A stretch of 64,000 bases of DNA, taken from assembly GCA_049472335.1 (NCBI GenBank), contig JBLIRO010000013.1:1-64000 (forward strand). The letters run 5' to 3'. The position numbers and the translations under genes were made by a program. Source of the stretch: a bacterium (GTDB lineage: Bacteria > SZUA-182 > DTGQ01 > JAFGSM01). The notes beneath the pieces were generated by a model, which saw nothing but the letters and a program-made list of their open reading frames with translations, was not told the origin of the DNA and searched no databases. This document shows, one piece after another, positions 52,259 through 62,526 of this stretch. Every line of letters begins with the position of its first letter. Position 1 is the stretch's first letter.

Positions 52259-53728
52259 TTGTTAATGAGACATGGAAGTAAATCTTTAGAAGATAAATAT
52301 GATGTTATTATAATTGGTGCTGGAATCGGGGGGTTGACATGTGGATGTTATCTGGTAAGGGAGGGGATGAAGGTATTGATTGTTGAACAGCATAATAAAC
52401 CGGGGGGCTGTTGTTCTTCTTTTAGAAGGAAAGGAGTTAATTTTGATGCAGCAGTCCATACATTGGCTACCTGTAGAAAGGGTGGTTTGCTTGGACAAGT
52501 ATTGGATGAATTAGAGTTAAGGGATCAAATTAAGTTCACTAGAAGGGATCCATTGGACATTATAATTACTAAAGATTATGAGATTTATATTAAGCCTGAT
52601 TTAGATGAAACAATAGACATCTTATGCAATACATTCCCAAGAGAGGCAAAAAATATAAATAATTTCTTTAGATATATTGATTCATTGGATAGGTCAAATT
52701 ATCATAGATACTTGAGAATAGTAGATATGCGATTTGGAGACCTATTACAAAGTTATTTTAACGATAAGGAATTAATCACATTATTGAGTATATTGTTATT
52801 ATATACAGGGGTACCTTCTTATGATGCATCGGCATTAGTGTCTGTTTTTGCATATAATCAGTTTTTGGATGGAGGATATTATCCCATAGGTGGTATGCAG
52901 GGATTTTCCGATACCTTTGCAGCGAAGTTTATTGAAAATGGCGGTATGCTTTTACTTTCTGCCAAGGCAGAAAAGATCGAGATAGAAAATAGAGAAGTAA
53001 AAGGTGTTAGATTGAGAAATAGTGAATATATTCGGGCCAAATATGTGATCTCTAATTGTGATGCCAGACATACTTATTTTGATCTGATAGGTCAAGAGTA
53101 TCTATCACCAGAATTTAAAATTAAGATTAATGGATTAGTGGAGACCTCATCTTTTTTTGCTGTTTGTTTGGGCCTGAACAGGCAGTTTCAAAGAAACAAT
53201 AATAAGGATAGCATCTTATGGTATTTCCCTAGGGGAAATATTAATGCTGTTTCTTCTGAGGTTTTTTATGATAATGTACCATATCTAAGAGAAGGTGTAA
53301 TTTGTATATTTAGCCCAAAATCGAATGGGATGTTGAATGCTGATGTATGTGAGGTATTATATGTCTCTGCAATTGCAAATTATAAAAATTATAGATATTG
53401 GAAGGCAAATAAAGAGAAGGTAGCTGAAGAACTAATCAATAGAGCGGAAAAGATATTTCCGGGAATTTCATCATCCATTGTCGTTACATCGATAATTACA
53501 CCATATGATATTGAGAAATATACCTTAAATTATCGTGGGGCAATGAATGGATGGGCATGTATTCCAGAACAGGTTTCATCTCCTGTGATTAGAAGGAATA
53601 CAAAAATAAAACGACTATATATGGTTGGGCATTGGGTGAATGAATCTTTTGGAGGGGGCGTATCAACAGTAGCCAATACAGGGCGAAACATAGCCAAATT
53701 GATTCAACAGAAAGAATATTCAAATTGA
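52259..53728 (+). CDS. Phytoene desaturase-like FAD oxidoreductase
   Basis: IIGAGIGGL, EQHNKPGG..SF.R, YYPIGGM, LYMVGHW..GGGV. Confidence 0.9.
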   Translation: MLMRHGSKSLEDKYDVIIIGAGIGGLTCGCYLVREGMKVLIVEQHNKPGGCCSSFRRKGVNFDAAVHTLATCRKGGLLGQVLDELELRDQIKFTRRDPLDIIITKDYEIYIKPDLDETIDILCNTFPREAKNINNFFRYIDSLDRSNYHRYLRIVDMRFGDLLQSYFNDKELITLLSILLLYTGVPSYDASALVSVFAYNQFLDGGYYPIGGMQGFSDTFAAKFIENGGMLLLSAKAEKIEIENREVKGVRLRNSEYIRAKYVISNCDARHTYFDLIGQEYLSPEFKIKINGLVETSSFFAVCLGLNRQFQRNNNKDSILWYFPRGNINAVSSEVFYDNVPYLREGVICIFSPKSNGMLNADVCEVLYVSAIANYKNYRYWKANKEKVAEELINRAEKIFPGISSSIVVTSIITPYDIEKYTLNYRGAMNGWACIPEQVSSPVIRRNTKIKRLYMVGHWVNESFGGGVSTVANTGRNIAKLIQQKEYSN

Positions 53729-53747
53729 AAAAGATTGATATGAAAAG

Positions 53748-55198
53748 ATGAAAAAAGAGCTACTTGATGGTGGAAAATACGATGTTATTATAATTGGAGC
53801 TGGTATCGGAGGATTGGTGTGTGATAATTATCTTGCTAAATCAGGATTAAAGGTACTTATTATTGAACAACATCATAAAGTAGGGGGATATTGCTCATCT
53901 TTTAGACGTGGGCCATTTATCTTTGATGCAGGTGTTCATGAACTCACACATTGTGGCGAAAAAGGAGTATTAGGGAAGATAATTAGGGAACTTAACATAG
54001 ATAATAAAATAGATTTCCGGAGGCGGATATTATAATGACAAATGATCAGGTAATCCCTCTTAAAACGGATTACGGTGAAACAAGGAGACAATTAGAATAT
54101 CATTTTCCTAAGGAAAAGGATCAAATAAAGGATTTTTTTTCCTTATTTGAAAAACCTATATTTTTTTCATTATATAATAAACTAAAAAACAGGTCTTTTA
54201 AGGAACTTTTAGATGAGTATTTTTTAGATGAGAGATTGAAGAACTTTTGGTTCGCTATGTGCAGTTCATTCGGCTTAATTCCATCTAAGTTGGATGCAAT
54301 AGCAGCATTTTCATATTGTAGAGCATTTATAATGGATAGTGGGTATTATCCCATAGGAGGGATGCAGTCTTTTTCTAATGCCTTCTTAGATACGTACAAA
54401 AGCTTTGATGGGAGTATTATTCTTTCTAAGAAAGTATCAAAAATTGATTTAAAGGATCGAGGCGTAGTTTCAATAAATGTGGCAAAAGGAATAAGCTTTT
54501 CTACAAACCATGTAGTTTCTACGTGTGATCCCATTCAAACATATTTTATGCTGATAGGAAAGGAACACCACAATCTTAATTTTATTCATAGGATCAGTAA
54601 CATAGCACCATCTCCCTCACCCTTTATTGTTTTTTTAGGGCTAAATAGGCCGTTGGAAAGGAATAGAAGGAGAGGATTAGCTACATTATACTATGCTGAA
54701 TCTTTACCAGAAAATAGATATGATGTGATTAACCATTTCAATCCGTCTCTGAAAAATATGGTGTTTGTCCCCTCATCCGTTAATGACCCTAGTTTAGCCC
54801 CTAAGGATGGAGAGAGTATTTTCTTTTTTAAGTTCACACCTTATAGGAGCAAGAAATATTGGGATAATAATAAATTTTTAGTTGCAGAGAAGATGATAGA
54901 AGATGCAGAATACATGATACCAAATCTAAGAAGTTATATAGCCCATAAGGAGATAGCTGTTCCCCATACTTTATATAAATATACCTTAAATTATAAGGGA
55001 GCTTCAAAAGGTTGGGGATCTGTCTTTTCAACAACAGGATTAAAGATGATGGATTTTTCATGTCAAATCAAGGGATTATTTGTGGCTGGTCATTGGGCAC
55101 CTTCCCCAGTGGGCAATGGTGGTATTTCAATGGATGCCTATTCGGGTTTTCAAACGGCCAAACAGATAAAGCATGTTTTTAAGAATAAAACAATATAA
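53748..55198 (+). pseudogene. Second phytoene desaturase-like oxidoreductase, split by a frameshift (53748-54035 and 54035-55198)
   Basis: FAD-binding start lies in ORF1 and the remainder in ORF2; both are colinear with the 52259 paralogue; frame changes near 54018-54026. Confidence 0.8.
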
Positions 55199-55252
55199 AT
55201 ATCTTATTATAATTTTTTTATAATTTTGAATTATTAAAATGAGAATTAGATC

Positions 55253-57424
55253 ATGAGCTTACATTCGATTTTATCATTGATAGTCTTAGTTGCAACTCTC
55301 TGCTTAGGAATTTTCGTCTTTTATAAAAAAAGGAAATCTGCGTCTATTGCATATCCATTCCTTTTACTCTCAGTGAACTTATGCATATATTTATCTTTCG
55401 TTTTTGTGATATTTACAACGGAAAATAAGGAATTCGCACATTTTTTTGCTCGATTTGGTTGTATAGGAGTAATCTTTGCACCAATTGCATTATACCATTT
55501 CGTCATAAATTTCTATGACATTCAGACTGAGAGGAAATTTTTAGTACCAATATATATATATGGACTTATCATGTCTATTATATGTTTTGTACAAGATATA
55601 GTAATAAGAGACATGAGGTCATATTACTGGGGGTATTATGGAATTGGTGATTATGGCATGGTCATAATAGGTATCATATTTTCTATCCTATTTATCAGGT
55701 CAAATTTTCTTTTATTTATGCAGTTAAAGAATAAAGACCTGTCTGAAATTAAGCATCATCAAACAAAATATTTATTAGCAGCATTTATTGTTTTGTTTAC
55801 AGCAGGAATAGAGTTTTTAACCGTTTTTGGCGTTGAAATATATCCTATGGGGTATTTAATATTTTTTGTGATGCTAGTGATTATTGCTTATGCCATTATC
55901 AAATATCGCCTAATGGATATTCGCGTAGCAATTACTCGGGCAGGAATATTTTTAATTGTATATGCTCTTGTTTTAGGAGTACCTTTTTGGATTGGTTTTC
56001 ATACAAAAAACTGGTTAATATCTACTCTTTCAATGTTTTTTCTTTCAACCACCGGCCCTATCATTTATCGCTATTTTCAGGGAAAGGCAGAAAACCTGAT
56101 TTTAGCCAATCAGAGGCATTATCAGAGACTTCTTCTTGAATCGGCAAAAGGCATGTTGAGAGTACATGATTTGGATAAGCTTTTGAGATTTATTACTGAT
56201 ATAGTAATAAAGATAGTAAAGGTTAGGTTTGCTATTATAGTTTTAAAAGATTCTAGCAAAAGAAGTTATATATTAAAAGCTATAAAAGGGGATAAGAATT
56301 TTCCAAGAGATTTTGTTCTGCCTGATAAAGATCCTTTAATTAAATTTCTTAAAAAAAGGAAATCCTCTCTTATGTATGATGAGATAAATTATTATAAGAA
56401 AAATATTGTTAATAAACAAATTCAATTAATCGTTCCAATATTAATGGAAAATAATCTGTTGGGTTTCTTATGTTTAGGAGAGAAGGAGGATCGTACATTA
56501 TATACTCAGGATGATATAAATGTTTTTGAGATTCTTGCACGGCAGGCAGCTCTTGCCATTGACCACTGTCATTTTATGGAAGAATTTAGCAAAGCCCAGG
56601 AAAAGGCCTTTCAGGCGGAAAAGCTTGCCTCGATTGGTGGTATGGCTGATGGTGTAGCACATCAGATGAAAAATCGTCTTAACTTATTTTCAATTGTGTC
56701 AGGGGAAATGAGGTCTGAAATAGAAGATTTTACAAAAGCGCATCCTGAACTGGTTGAACAGAATCCTGATTTGAAGAGATATTTTGATTATCTTAGTAAA
56801 ACAGGAGAAATGTTAATTAGCAATGTTAGAAAAACTAATGGGATAATAGAGGGAATACTAAGTTTTGCCCGAGCAGGTGAGAAGGGTGCTTATTTTTCAG
56901 AGTTTTCTTTTGCAGAAATAATAGATGCATCTATAGGGTTGCTTTTGATCAAGCACCAGATCAAAGAATTCCCCTTAGAAGTAATAGTTGATTCGTGCGA
57001 TTTAATATATGGGGTGAAATCACAATTTTTAGAATGCATATATAACATATTAGATAATTGTTATGAGGCTATTAAAGAAAAGATGGATTTTTATTTGACT
57101 GACTATGAAAAGAAAAGCTTTAAACCAAGTATAAAATTAAAATTGTCTCATAATGAAAAATTTTATCATATCGAAATATCTGATAATGGAACCGGGATAA
57201 AAGAAGAGAACAGGCAAAAAATATTTGCCCCGTTTTTCACAACAAAGCCATCCAATAAATCAGGATCAGGGGTTGGCATGTATGTGGTAAAAAGAATAAT
57301 TGAAGAAAACCACAAGGGAAAAATCAAATTCGAGTCTAAATATATGGAAGGAACTAAGTTTTTTATTAGACTTCCTAAAAATATGGGTGAAGATTTTAAA
57401 TCATCTGGACAATTAAGCAATTGA
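55253..57424 (+). CDS. Sensor histidine kinase (7TM N-terminus, GAF, HisKA, HATPase)
   Basis: Multiple TM helices; LASIGGMADGVAHQMKN H-box; N, DNGTG, FFTTK and GSGVG boxes. Confidence 0.92.
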   Translation: MSLHSILSLIVLVATLCLGIFVFYKKRKSASIAYPFLLLSVNLCIYLSFVFVIFTTENKEFAHFFARFGCIGVIFAPIALYHFVINFYDIQTERKFLVPIYIYGLIMSIICFVQDIVIRDMRSYYWGYYGIGDYGMVIIGIIFSILFIRSNFLLFMQLKNKDLSEIKHHQTKYLLAAFIVLFTAGIEFLTVFGVEIYPMGYLIFFVMLVIIAYAIIKYRLMDIRVAITRAGIFLIVYALVLGVPFWIGFHTKNWLISTLSMFFLSTTGPIIYRYFQGKAENLILANQRHYQRLLLESAKGMLRVHDLDKLLRFITDIVIKIVKVRFAIIVLKDSSKRSYILKAIKGDKNFPRDFVLPDKDPLIKFLKKRKSSLMYDEINYYKKNIVNKQIQLIVPILMENNLLGFLCLGEKEDRTLYTQDDINVFEILARQAALAIDHCHFMEEFSKAQEKAFQAEKLASIGGMADGVAHQMKNRLNLFSIVSGEMRSEIEDFTKAHPELVEQNPDLKRYFDYLSKTGEMLISNVRKTNGIIEGILSFARAGEKGAYFSEFSFAEIIDASIGLLLIKHQIKEFPLEVIVDSCDLIYGVKSQFLECIYNILDNCYEAIKEKMDFYLTDYEKKSFKPSIKLKLSHNEKFYHIEISDNGTGIKEENRQKIFAPFFTTKPSNKSGSGVGMYVVKRIIEENHKGKIKFESKYMEGTKFFIRLPKNMGEDFKSSGQLSN

Positions 57425-57870
57425 GAATGGCATATTAGAAAAAATTATATGTTTTTGTGATTGTGAAAATAAAAAATTCAATTTTCTATGCTATCCTTGC
57501 ATTTTCTTATCTAATATTGTATTGTCTTTTCAACTCCTTGGTCTTTAAAGGGAAAATATCTCTAAATTTTTTATAAAGATAAACTTTCATGGTCGAAGAA
57601 AAATTACAAAATGACCGATATAGTAACTATGTATATATATCTATATTTCTATATAGAATATATAGATCTCAAATTGAAAGGGGGAAAATGAAAATCCGAT
57701 ATTGAGAAATCCTGAATTTTTCATGTTTTAAAAGTATACACCACTTTATTGAAAGATTTATTAGGAGAAAGTCGGAAATAAATTTTTACTGTTTTTCGCT
57801 CCATAATTTTCATCTCTAAGTTGTTTTGATTAATTTGGTTAATTTGGTTGATCAGAGAAAGGATAAGAAA

Positions 57871-59145
57871 ATGAAGCTGAGAGGTAATCGAATAATCATT
57901 ACAAAAGTAATCCTTGTCTCAGTAGTTTCCCTTTTAATTTCTTTTATGTTTATTACTAATTCATTTGCCAATGGAGTTTTATTGGATGCCAAAGGCCCTA
58001 TTACCTTAGGTCGTGGTGGGACAAACATTGCTCATTCTGATAATGGGATCCTGATCTATGATAATCCGGCGGCGTTAGCCAGGCTGCAAGGGAAAAAGAT
58101 CGAAGGTGCCCTGGATATGTTAATGTTTCCAATGAAATATAAGGATTCTAGTAATAATAAAAAAGGTGAAGATCAAGCCTTTTTTCTGCCAACCTTTGCT
58201 TATACCCATAATATTCAACAATCTCGCTTTGGTATGGGAGCGGGAGTCTATAATCCTGCTGGATTTTCGGCGGAATATAATTTAAACCACCCAGTTTATG
58301 GAGAGCAGAAGTATTTCTCAAATGCTTCTCTAACAAAAATATTACTGGGTGCAGGATACAACATCACGGATAAATGGTCTTTTGGGATCGGGTTTGGACC
58401 TTCCTATTCCAATATGGAGCTTGAAATGCCTTATACCTTTCAGACCGGACCCCTTCAGGGCACTCCTTCGTTGATTGATATGGAAGGTGATGATTGGTCA
58501 TTAACCTGGAATTTGGGCACACAGTGGCAAGCTTCATCAAGCACAACAGTAGGTTTGTCATACATATGTCAGGATGAATTCAGAGTGGAAGGGGATACAG
58601 ATGTAGAGGTTATGGGATTAGGGACATCTAATTACAAGGTCGGATTTGATTTCCGTTGGCCACAGATTCTGGGTGCAGGGGTGAAACATTTATATAAAAC
58701 AAATCATAGCATTTCTCTTGATGTTTTATGGATTGATTGGTCATCTGCTTTTAATGAAATGAAATTAGAGCTTTCCGAAGGAAATGGCGTAGGATGGCCA
58801 GGTTCAGCTCAGGATACATTCCCGTTGCATTGGAAAGACAGCTATTCACTTCGTTTGGGATATGAATATTTTTTGAATGCTAAGGATACCTTAAGATTTG
58901 GATACATTTATAATGAAAATCCTGTGCCCAGCTCAACGCTTACCCCTTTGATCCCAGGGATTATAAAACATGAAGTGTCATTAGGTTATGGCCGAACCTG
59001 GGGAAAATGGGCATTTAACGTAAGTTACTTATATGCCTTTAAAAGTGAGCAATCTGTTAGCAACAGCGAAATCCTGGGCGGGGATTTTGACCAGAGCACC
59101 GTCAAGATCAGTGCTCATTTTCTTTCTCTGAGATTTCAATATTGA
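57871..59145 (+). CDS. FadL/OmpP1-family outer-membrane transporter
   Basis: Signal peptide, LGRGG..A...NPAAL, beta-barrel pattern, terminal aromatic; ATG at 57871 preferred over TTG at 57826. Confidence 0.88.
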   Translation: MKLRGNRIIITKVILVSVVSLLISFMFITNSFANGVLLDAKGPITLGRGGTNIAHSDNGILIYDNPAALARLQGKKIEGALDMLMFPMKYKDSSNNKKGEDQAFFLPTFAYTHNIQQSRFGMGAGVYNPAGFSAEYNLNHPVYGEQKYFSNASLTKILLGAGYNITDKWSFGIGFGPSYSNMELEMPYTFQTGPLQGTPSLIDMEGDDWSLTWNLGTQWQASSSTTVGLSYICQDEFRVEGDTDVEVMGLGTSNYKVGFDFRWPQILGAGVKHLYKTNHSISLDVLWIDWSSAFNEMKLELSEGNGVGWPGSAQDTFPLHWKDSYSLRLGYEYFLNAKDTLRFGYIYNENPVPSSTLTPLIPGIIKHEVSLGYGRTWGKWAFNVSYLYAFKSEQSVSNSEILGGDFDQSTVKISAHFLSLRFQY

Positions 59146-59338
59146 TTTTGAGGCAATAACAAAAGACGGATTCTATTTATTATTGTTATCATAAGTTATT
59201 GTTAAAAATCTGTTTTTCAGAAGAATGATTTATCTTCTTTAAGATTTAACAGAATCGCAATCAATTTGAAATATATTTCGATTATTTTTATGCCTGAATA
59301 TTGTTAAGTGGATGTTTTCTCGTAAAGGGGGCAATTAA

Positions 59339-59857
59339 ATGACATACCAAAGTGTTAAGATTGATGGATATTTATCGGAAGCGTTATCAGATAAGGAAAG
59401 TATTTATTCTTTAAGCGATGATTATTGTTCAGAAACCCTAGATGATGCCTTGCGGCCGGAAATTAAGGTTATAATACTAGAGTCTTCTGACGCAATGCTC
59501 GCACTACTCAAGTCAGAGATAGAAAAAGACAAGAATATCAAAGTGGTTGGCATGGCGAGGAATGCCCATGAAGCCAGGAAGATGGTTATAGCCCTTGATC
59601 CCGACCTTTTGATCATGGATATTATGGATCCCCATTCAGGAGGTATAGAGTTTTTAAAGAGATTAAATAAGTTTTCGCCAAGGCCTGTGATTTTATTTAC
59701 CCAGCTTAGCAAAATACCATCTCATCTGGCATTATCCGCTTTTAAGGAAGGCGCCACTGATCTCATCGATAAAGATACTCTGGTTCTCCTGGACAGCTCT
59801 TCTCTATCTGAGGATTTTGTTCTGTCAAGAAAGATAAGGGCCACTATCCCTAATTAG
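59339..59857 (+). CDS. CheB-type receiver-domain protein with N-terminal extension
   Basis: VVGMARNA, PDLLIMDIMDP..GGIEFL, GATDLIDK; no methylesterase domain. Confidence 0.7.
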   Translation: MTYQSVKIDGYLSEALSDKESIYSLSDDYCSETLDDALRPEIKVIILESSDAMLALLKSEIEKDKNIKVVGMARNAHEARKMVIALDPDLLIMDIMDPHSGGIEFLKRLNKFSPRPVILFTQLSKIPSHLALSAFKEGATDLIDKDTLVLLDSSSLSEDFVLSRKIRATIPN

Positions 59858-60219
59858 TTAAACGCAGAGCAACCTGAGCGAGCTTTAATATTCTTCATTA
59901 GGGGATAGTAGTTCCCTGCCAATATTTCACTGGTTGGGCCTGTAGATACATGTACAAAATTTGATGTTCCCTCCTTGTATTATTAAGGCAATAATTACAA
60001 TATATTAACAGATAGATTCTGTTTGAATCCGATTGTTTGACCTTTACTTTTCAAAATTATTTTGTTAAAATTTTAGAAAATATTCTTTTTATAATTTCAA
60101 CTTTGATTCCACACTAAAAATAAAAAATTTTATCAAATTTAAAATTTTACAAAAGAGCTTATTTATGGATCAAATTTATAGATCAAGATAAGTTCATTCT
60201 TGGGTTGGGAGAGAGTCAA

Positions 60220-62304
60220 ATGAAGCCGTTTACCTTTTTCTCTAAAGCCTTCTTTCTCGTATTTTTTCTTACCATTTTACTATTATTATTCTCAGTAAAT
60301 AATACTTTTTCTGCTTTATGGCCCTATCCTACACAGGTCCTTCCATGGAGCTGGCCTCCTGCCAGACCCTTTCCTAATATCAATCAATTTCCCTTAAGTG
60401 GCTGGCAAATATCCGATTATATCCCCACTGCCAGACAATACCCTTCATCCGGCTGGCCCGGTTACTTCGCACCTTACCCTCAGCCGACTTATACGCAGAG
60501 ACTTCCATGGAGCTGGCCTTCACCTTATCCTTATCCATATTCGGGGCCAGGCCGGATCCCTATATACAATTGGCCGCCTTCCAGCTATTATCCGGTTATC
60601 TGGCCGCCATTTCAGTCATCCAACTGGCCCATTTTTTCACTCCCTCCTGCAGGACCAGTGAACCAAATTACACTGATTCATATTGGTGATCTCCATGGAC
60701 ACCTCATTCCACGGGCACATTTGACGAGCGATGGCGATGGACGATTGAGAGGTGGGCTTGCGAGGATGTTTTCAATAATACAGGGAATTAGAAACACGAA
60801 TCCAAACTCCCTGCTTGTCAATTGCGGAGATACTATCCAGGGTTCAGCGGAAGCCCTTTATACCGAAGGAAGCGCAATGATTAATGTATTGAGTGAGTTC
60901 GATATCGATGCATTCGCACCGGGCAACTGGGATTTCCTTTACGGCACCAGGCGCTTCCGTGAACTCTTTGCCGAGCCTAATCCCATTGCGACATGGAACG
61001 CCCTTGCCGCCAATTTGTACTACAACGGTGATCCTTATTCTGCCGCCATCGGACAGAGGGTATTGCCTCCATATAAAATCAAGTATATCAATGGATTAAA
61101 GGTGGGTATTCTGGGCTTTACCGCTGAACGGGGGCCAATGGTTGTCTACTCAGATGTAGTAAGGGGATTCGGATTTACCAGAGGTGACGCGGAAGTCGCG
61201 GAATTTGTGCCGTACCTGCGTCAGGCAGAAGGGGTAAATGTCCTGATCATGATTTCCGAGCTGGGACTGGCAAATAATATCCGCCTGGCGGAAGAGAACC
61301 CCGGAATAGATGTCATTCTTTCTTCAGACATGCATGAGACCACATGGGAGCCGGTGATAACAAGCACCGGTACTATTATTGTTGAAGAGGGAACGGACGG
61401 CACGCTTGTGGGTGAGCTGACCATTGCTTATGAAGGTGGACGGGTGTTTATGCAAAGATGGAGGCAGCATGTGGTTGATTCCCGCTACAGGGATTATCCG
61501 CAAATAGCCACACGGATTGCCCAGGTGCGAAATTCATTTGTGTCTGGCCCTGACTTCCGGACACATGTTAATCCAATTAGTGGGGCTATGCTTAAAATAC
61601 CCATTGACACAGTTATCGGAGAAGCGGCAATCCCTCTTTACCGGGCAAATTTTTCTCATGAGAACATGCCCGGGGTGGTGGAAGGGTCCTCCCATGATTT
61701 TCTGACGGATGCTTTTCGTTTTATGGGCCAGGCGGACGTGGGGTCGATCCGGGGATTCCGCTATGGGACACATATCGCTCCGGGACCGATAAGGCTTGAA
61801 GACATATATCATTTTATCCCTGTAGGTCCCTTTATCGCGAGGGGTGAAGTAACCGGTGAGCAGATCAAGCTTCTGATAGAGAATAATGCAGATGGGTCGC
61901 TGAACCCGGATGTACATAAGTGGGGAGGTGGATGGCTGTATGGATGGAGCGGGCTTCATTATGATCTGGACCCCTACGCAACGATCGGGAATCGCGCCCG
62001 GAATATCATGATCCAGCGCTGGGGGACAGGTGTGTGGGAGCCTCTTAATCTCACTGCCATATATACCCATGCCTCTTACAATTTTGCGCAGGAGCCTTTG
62101 CTGATTAATAAGATACCTGCCAATAACATCCAGGTGATATTCGGTCCGGCCGGCACTCCCATAGATGCCACGGAGGTGGTGGCAGAATACCTCAAGACCC
62201 ATATAGCCAATCCGGAGTTAAACCGGATACGGATTTTACAGCCGCTGCCGCAACCAAGATACAGAAATCCTGAGGTGCAGCCTCTCTGGGGGTGTTCGCC
62301 TTAA
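60220..62304 (+). CDS. SoxB-like / 5'-nucleotidase-family metallophosphoesterase with two Pro/Trp/Tyr-rich N-terminal modules
   Basis: HIGDLHGH, GDTIQGS, GNWDF, SDMHE, GFRYG; signal peptide; ATG at 60220 after GGGAG. Confidence 0.85.
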   Translation: MKPFTFFSKAFFLVFFLTILLLLFSVNNTFSALWPYPTQVLPWSWPPARPFPNINQFPLSGWQISDYIPTARQYPSSGWPGYFAPYPQPTYTQRLPWSWPSPYPYPYSGPGRIPIYNWPPSSYYPVIWPPFQSSNWPIFSLPPAGPVNQITLIHIGDLHGHLIPRAHLTSDGDGRLRGGLARMFSIIQGIRNTNPNSLLVNCGDTIQGSAEALYTEGSAMINVLSEFDIDAFAPGNWDFLYGTRRFRELFAEPNPIATWNALAANLYYNGDPYSAAIGQRVLPPYKIKYINGLKVGILGFTAERGPMVVYSDVVRGFGFTRGDAEVAEFVPYLRQAEGVNVLIMISELGLANNIRLAEENPGIDVILSSDMHETTWEPVITSTGTIIVEEGTDGTLVGELTIAYEGGRVFMQRWRQHVVDSRYRDYPQIATRIAQVRNSFVSGPDFRTHVNPISGAMLKIPIDTVIGEAAIPLYRANFSHENMPGVVEGSSHDFLTDAFRFMGQADVGSIRGFRYGTHIAPGPIRLEDIYHFIPVGPFIARGEVTGEQIKLLIENNADGSLNPDVHKWGGGWLYGWSGLHYDLDPYATIGNRARNIMIQRWGTGVWEPLNLTAIYTHASYNFAQEPLLINKIPANNIQVIFGPAGTPIDATEVVAEYLKTHIANPELNRIRILQPLPQPRYRNPEVQPLWGCSP

Positions 62305-62364
62305 GAGTTGTCCGGCTAAAGGTTTTTGGCCATTAATCAAAAACTATTAATTGGGTCATATCAA

Positions 62365-62409
62365 AAAAAGGCCATCCGACAATGAATAAAGCCGTCGGAT
62401 GGCCTTTTT
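62365..62409. terminator. Bidirectional intrinsic terminator
   Basis: AAAAAGGCCATCCGAC-N13-GTCGGATGGCCTTTTT between convergent genes. Confidence 0.88.
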
Positions 62410-62526
62410 ACAATTTGTTAAACCAATTTTAAGTAACTTCTTTCAAGTTACTTCTAGAATTCAGTCCGGTCCGCTCTGCTGGGCACCGGGCATCTAATTA
62501 AAAAAGTATTATTTACCATCAATCCC

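Noticed and set aside
52259..55198. Carotenoid or hopanoid pathway suggested by the CrtI-like genes
   Set aside because: No phytoene/squalene synthase or cyclase nearby; the context is ACP-dependent fatty-acid synthesis
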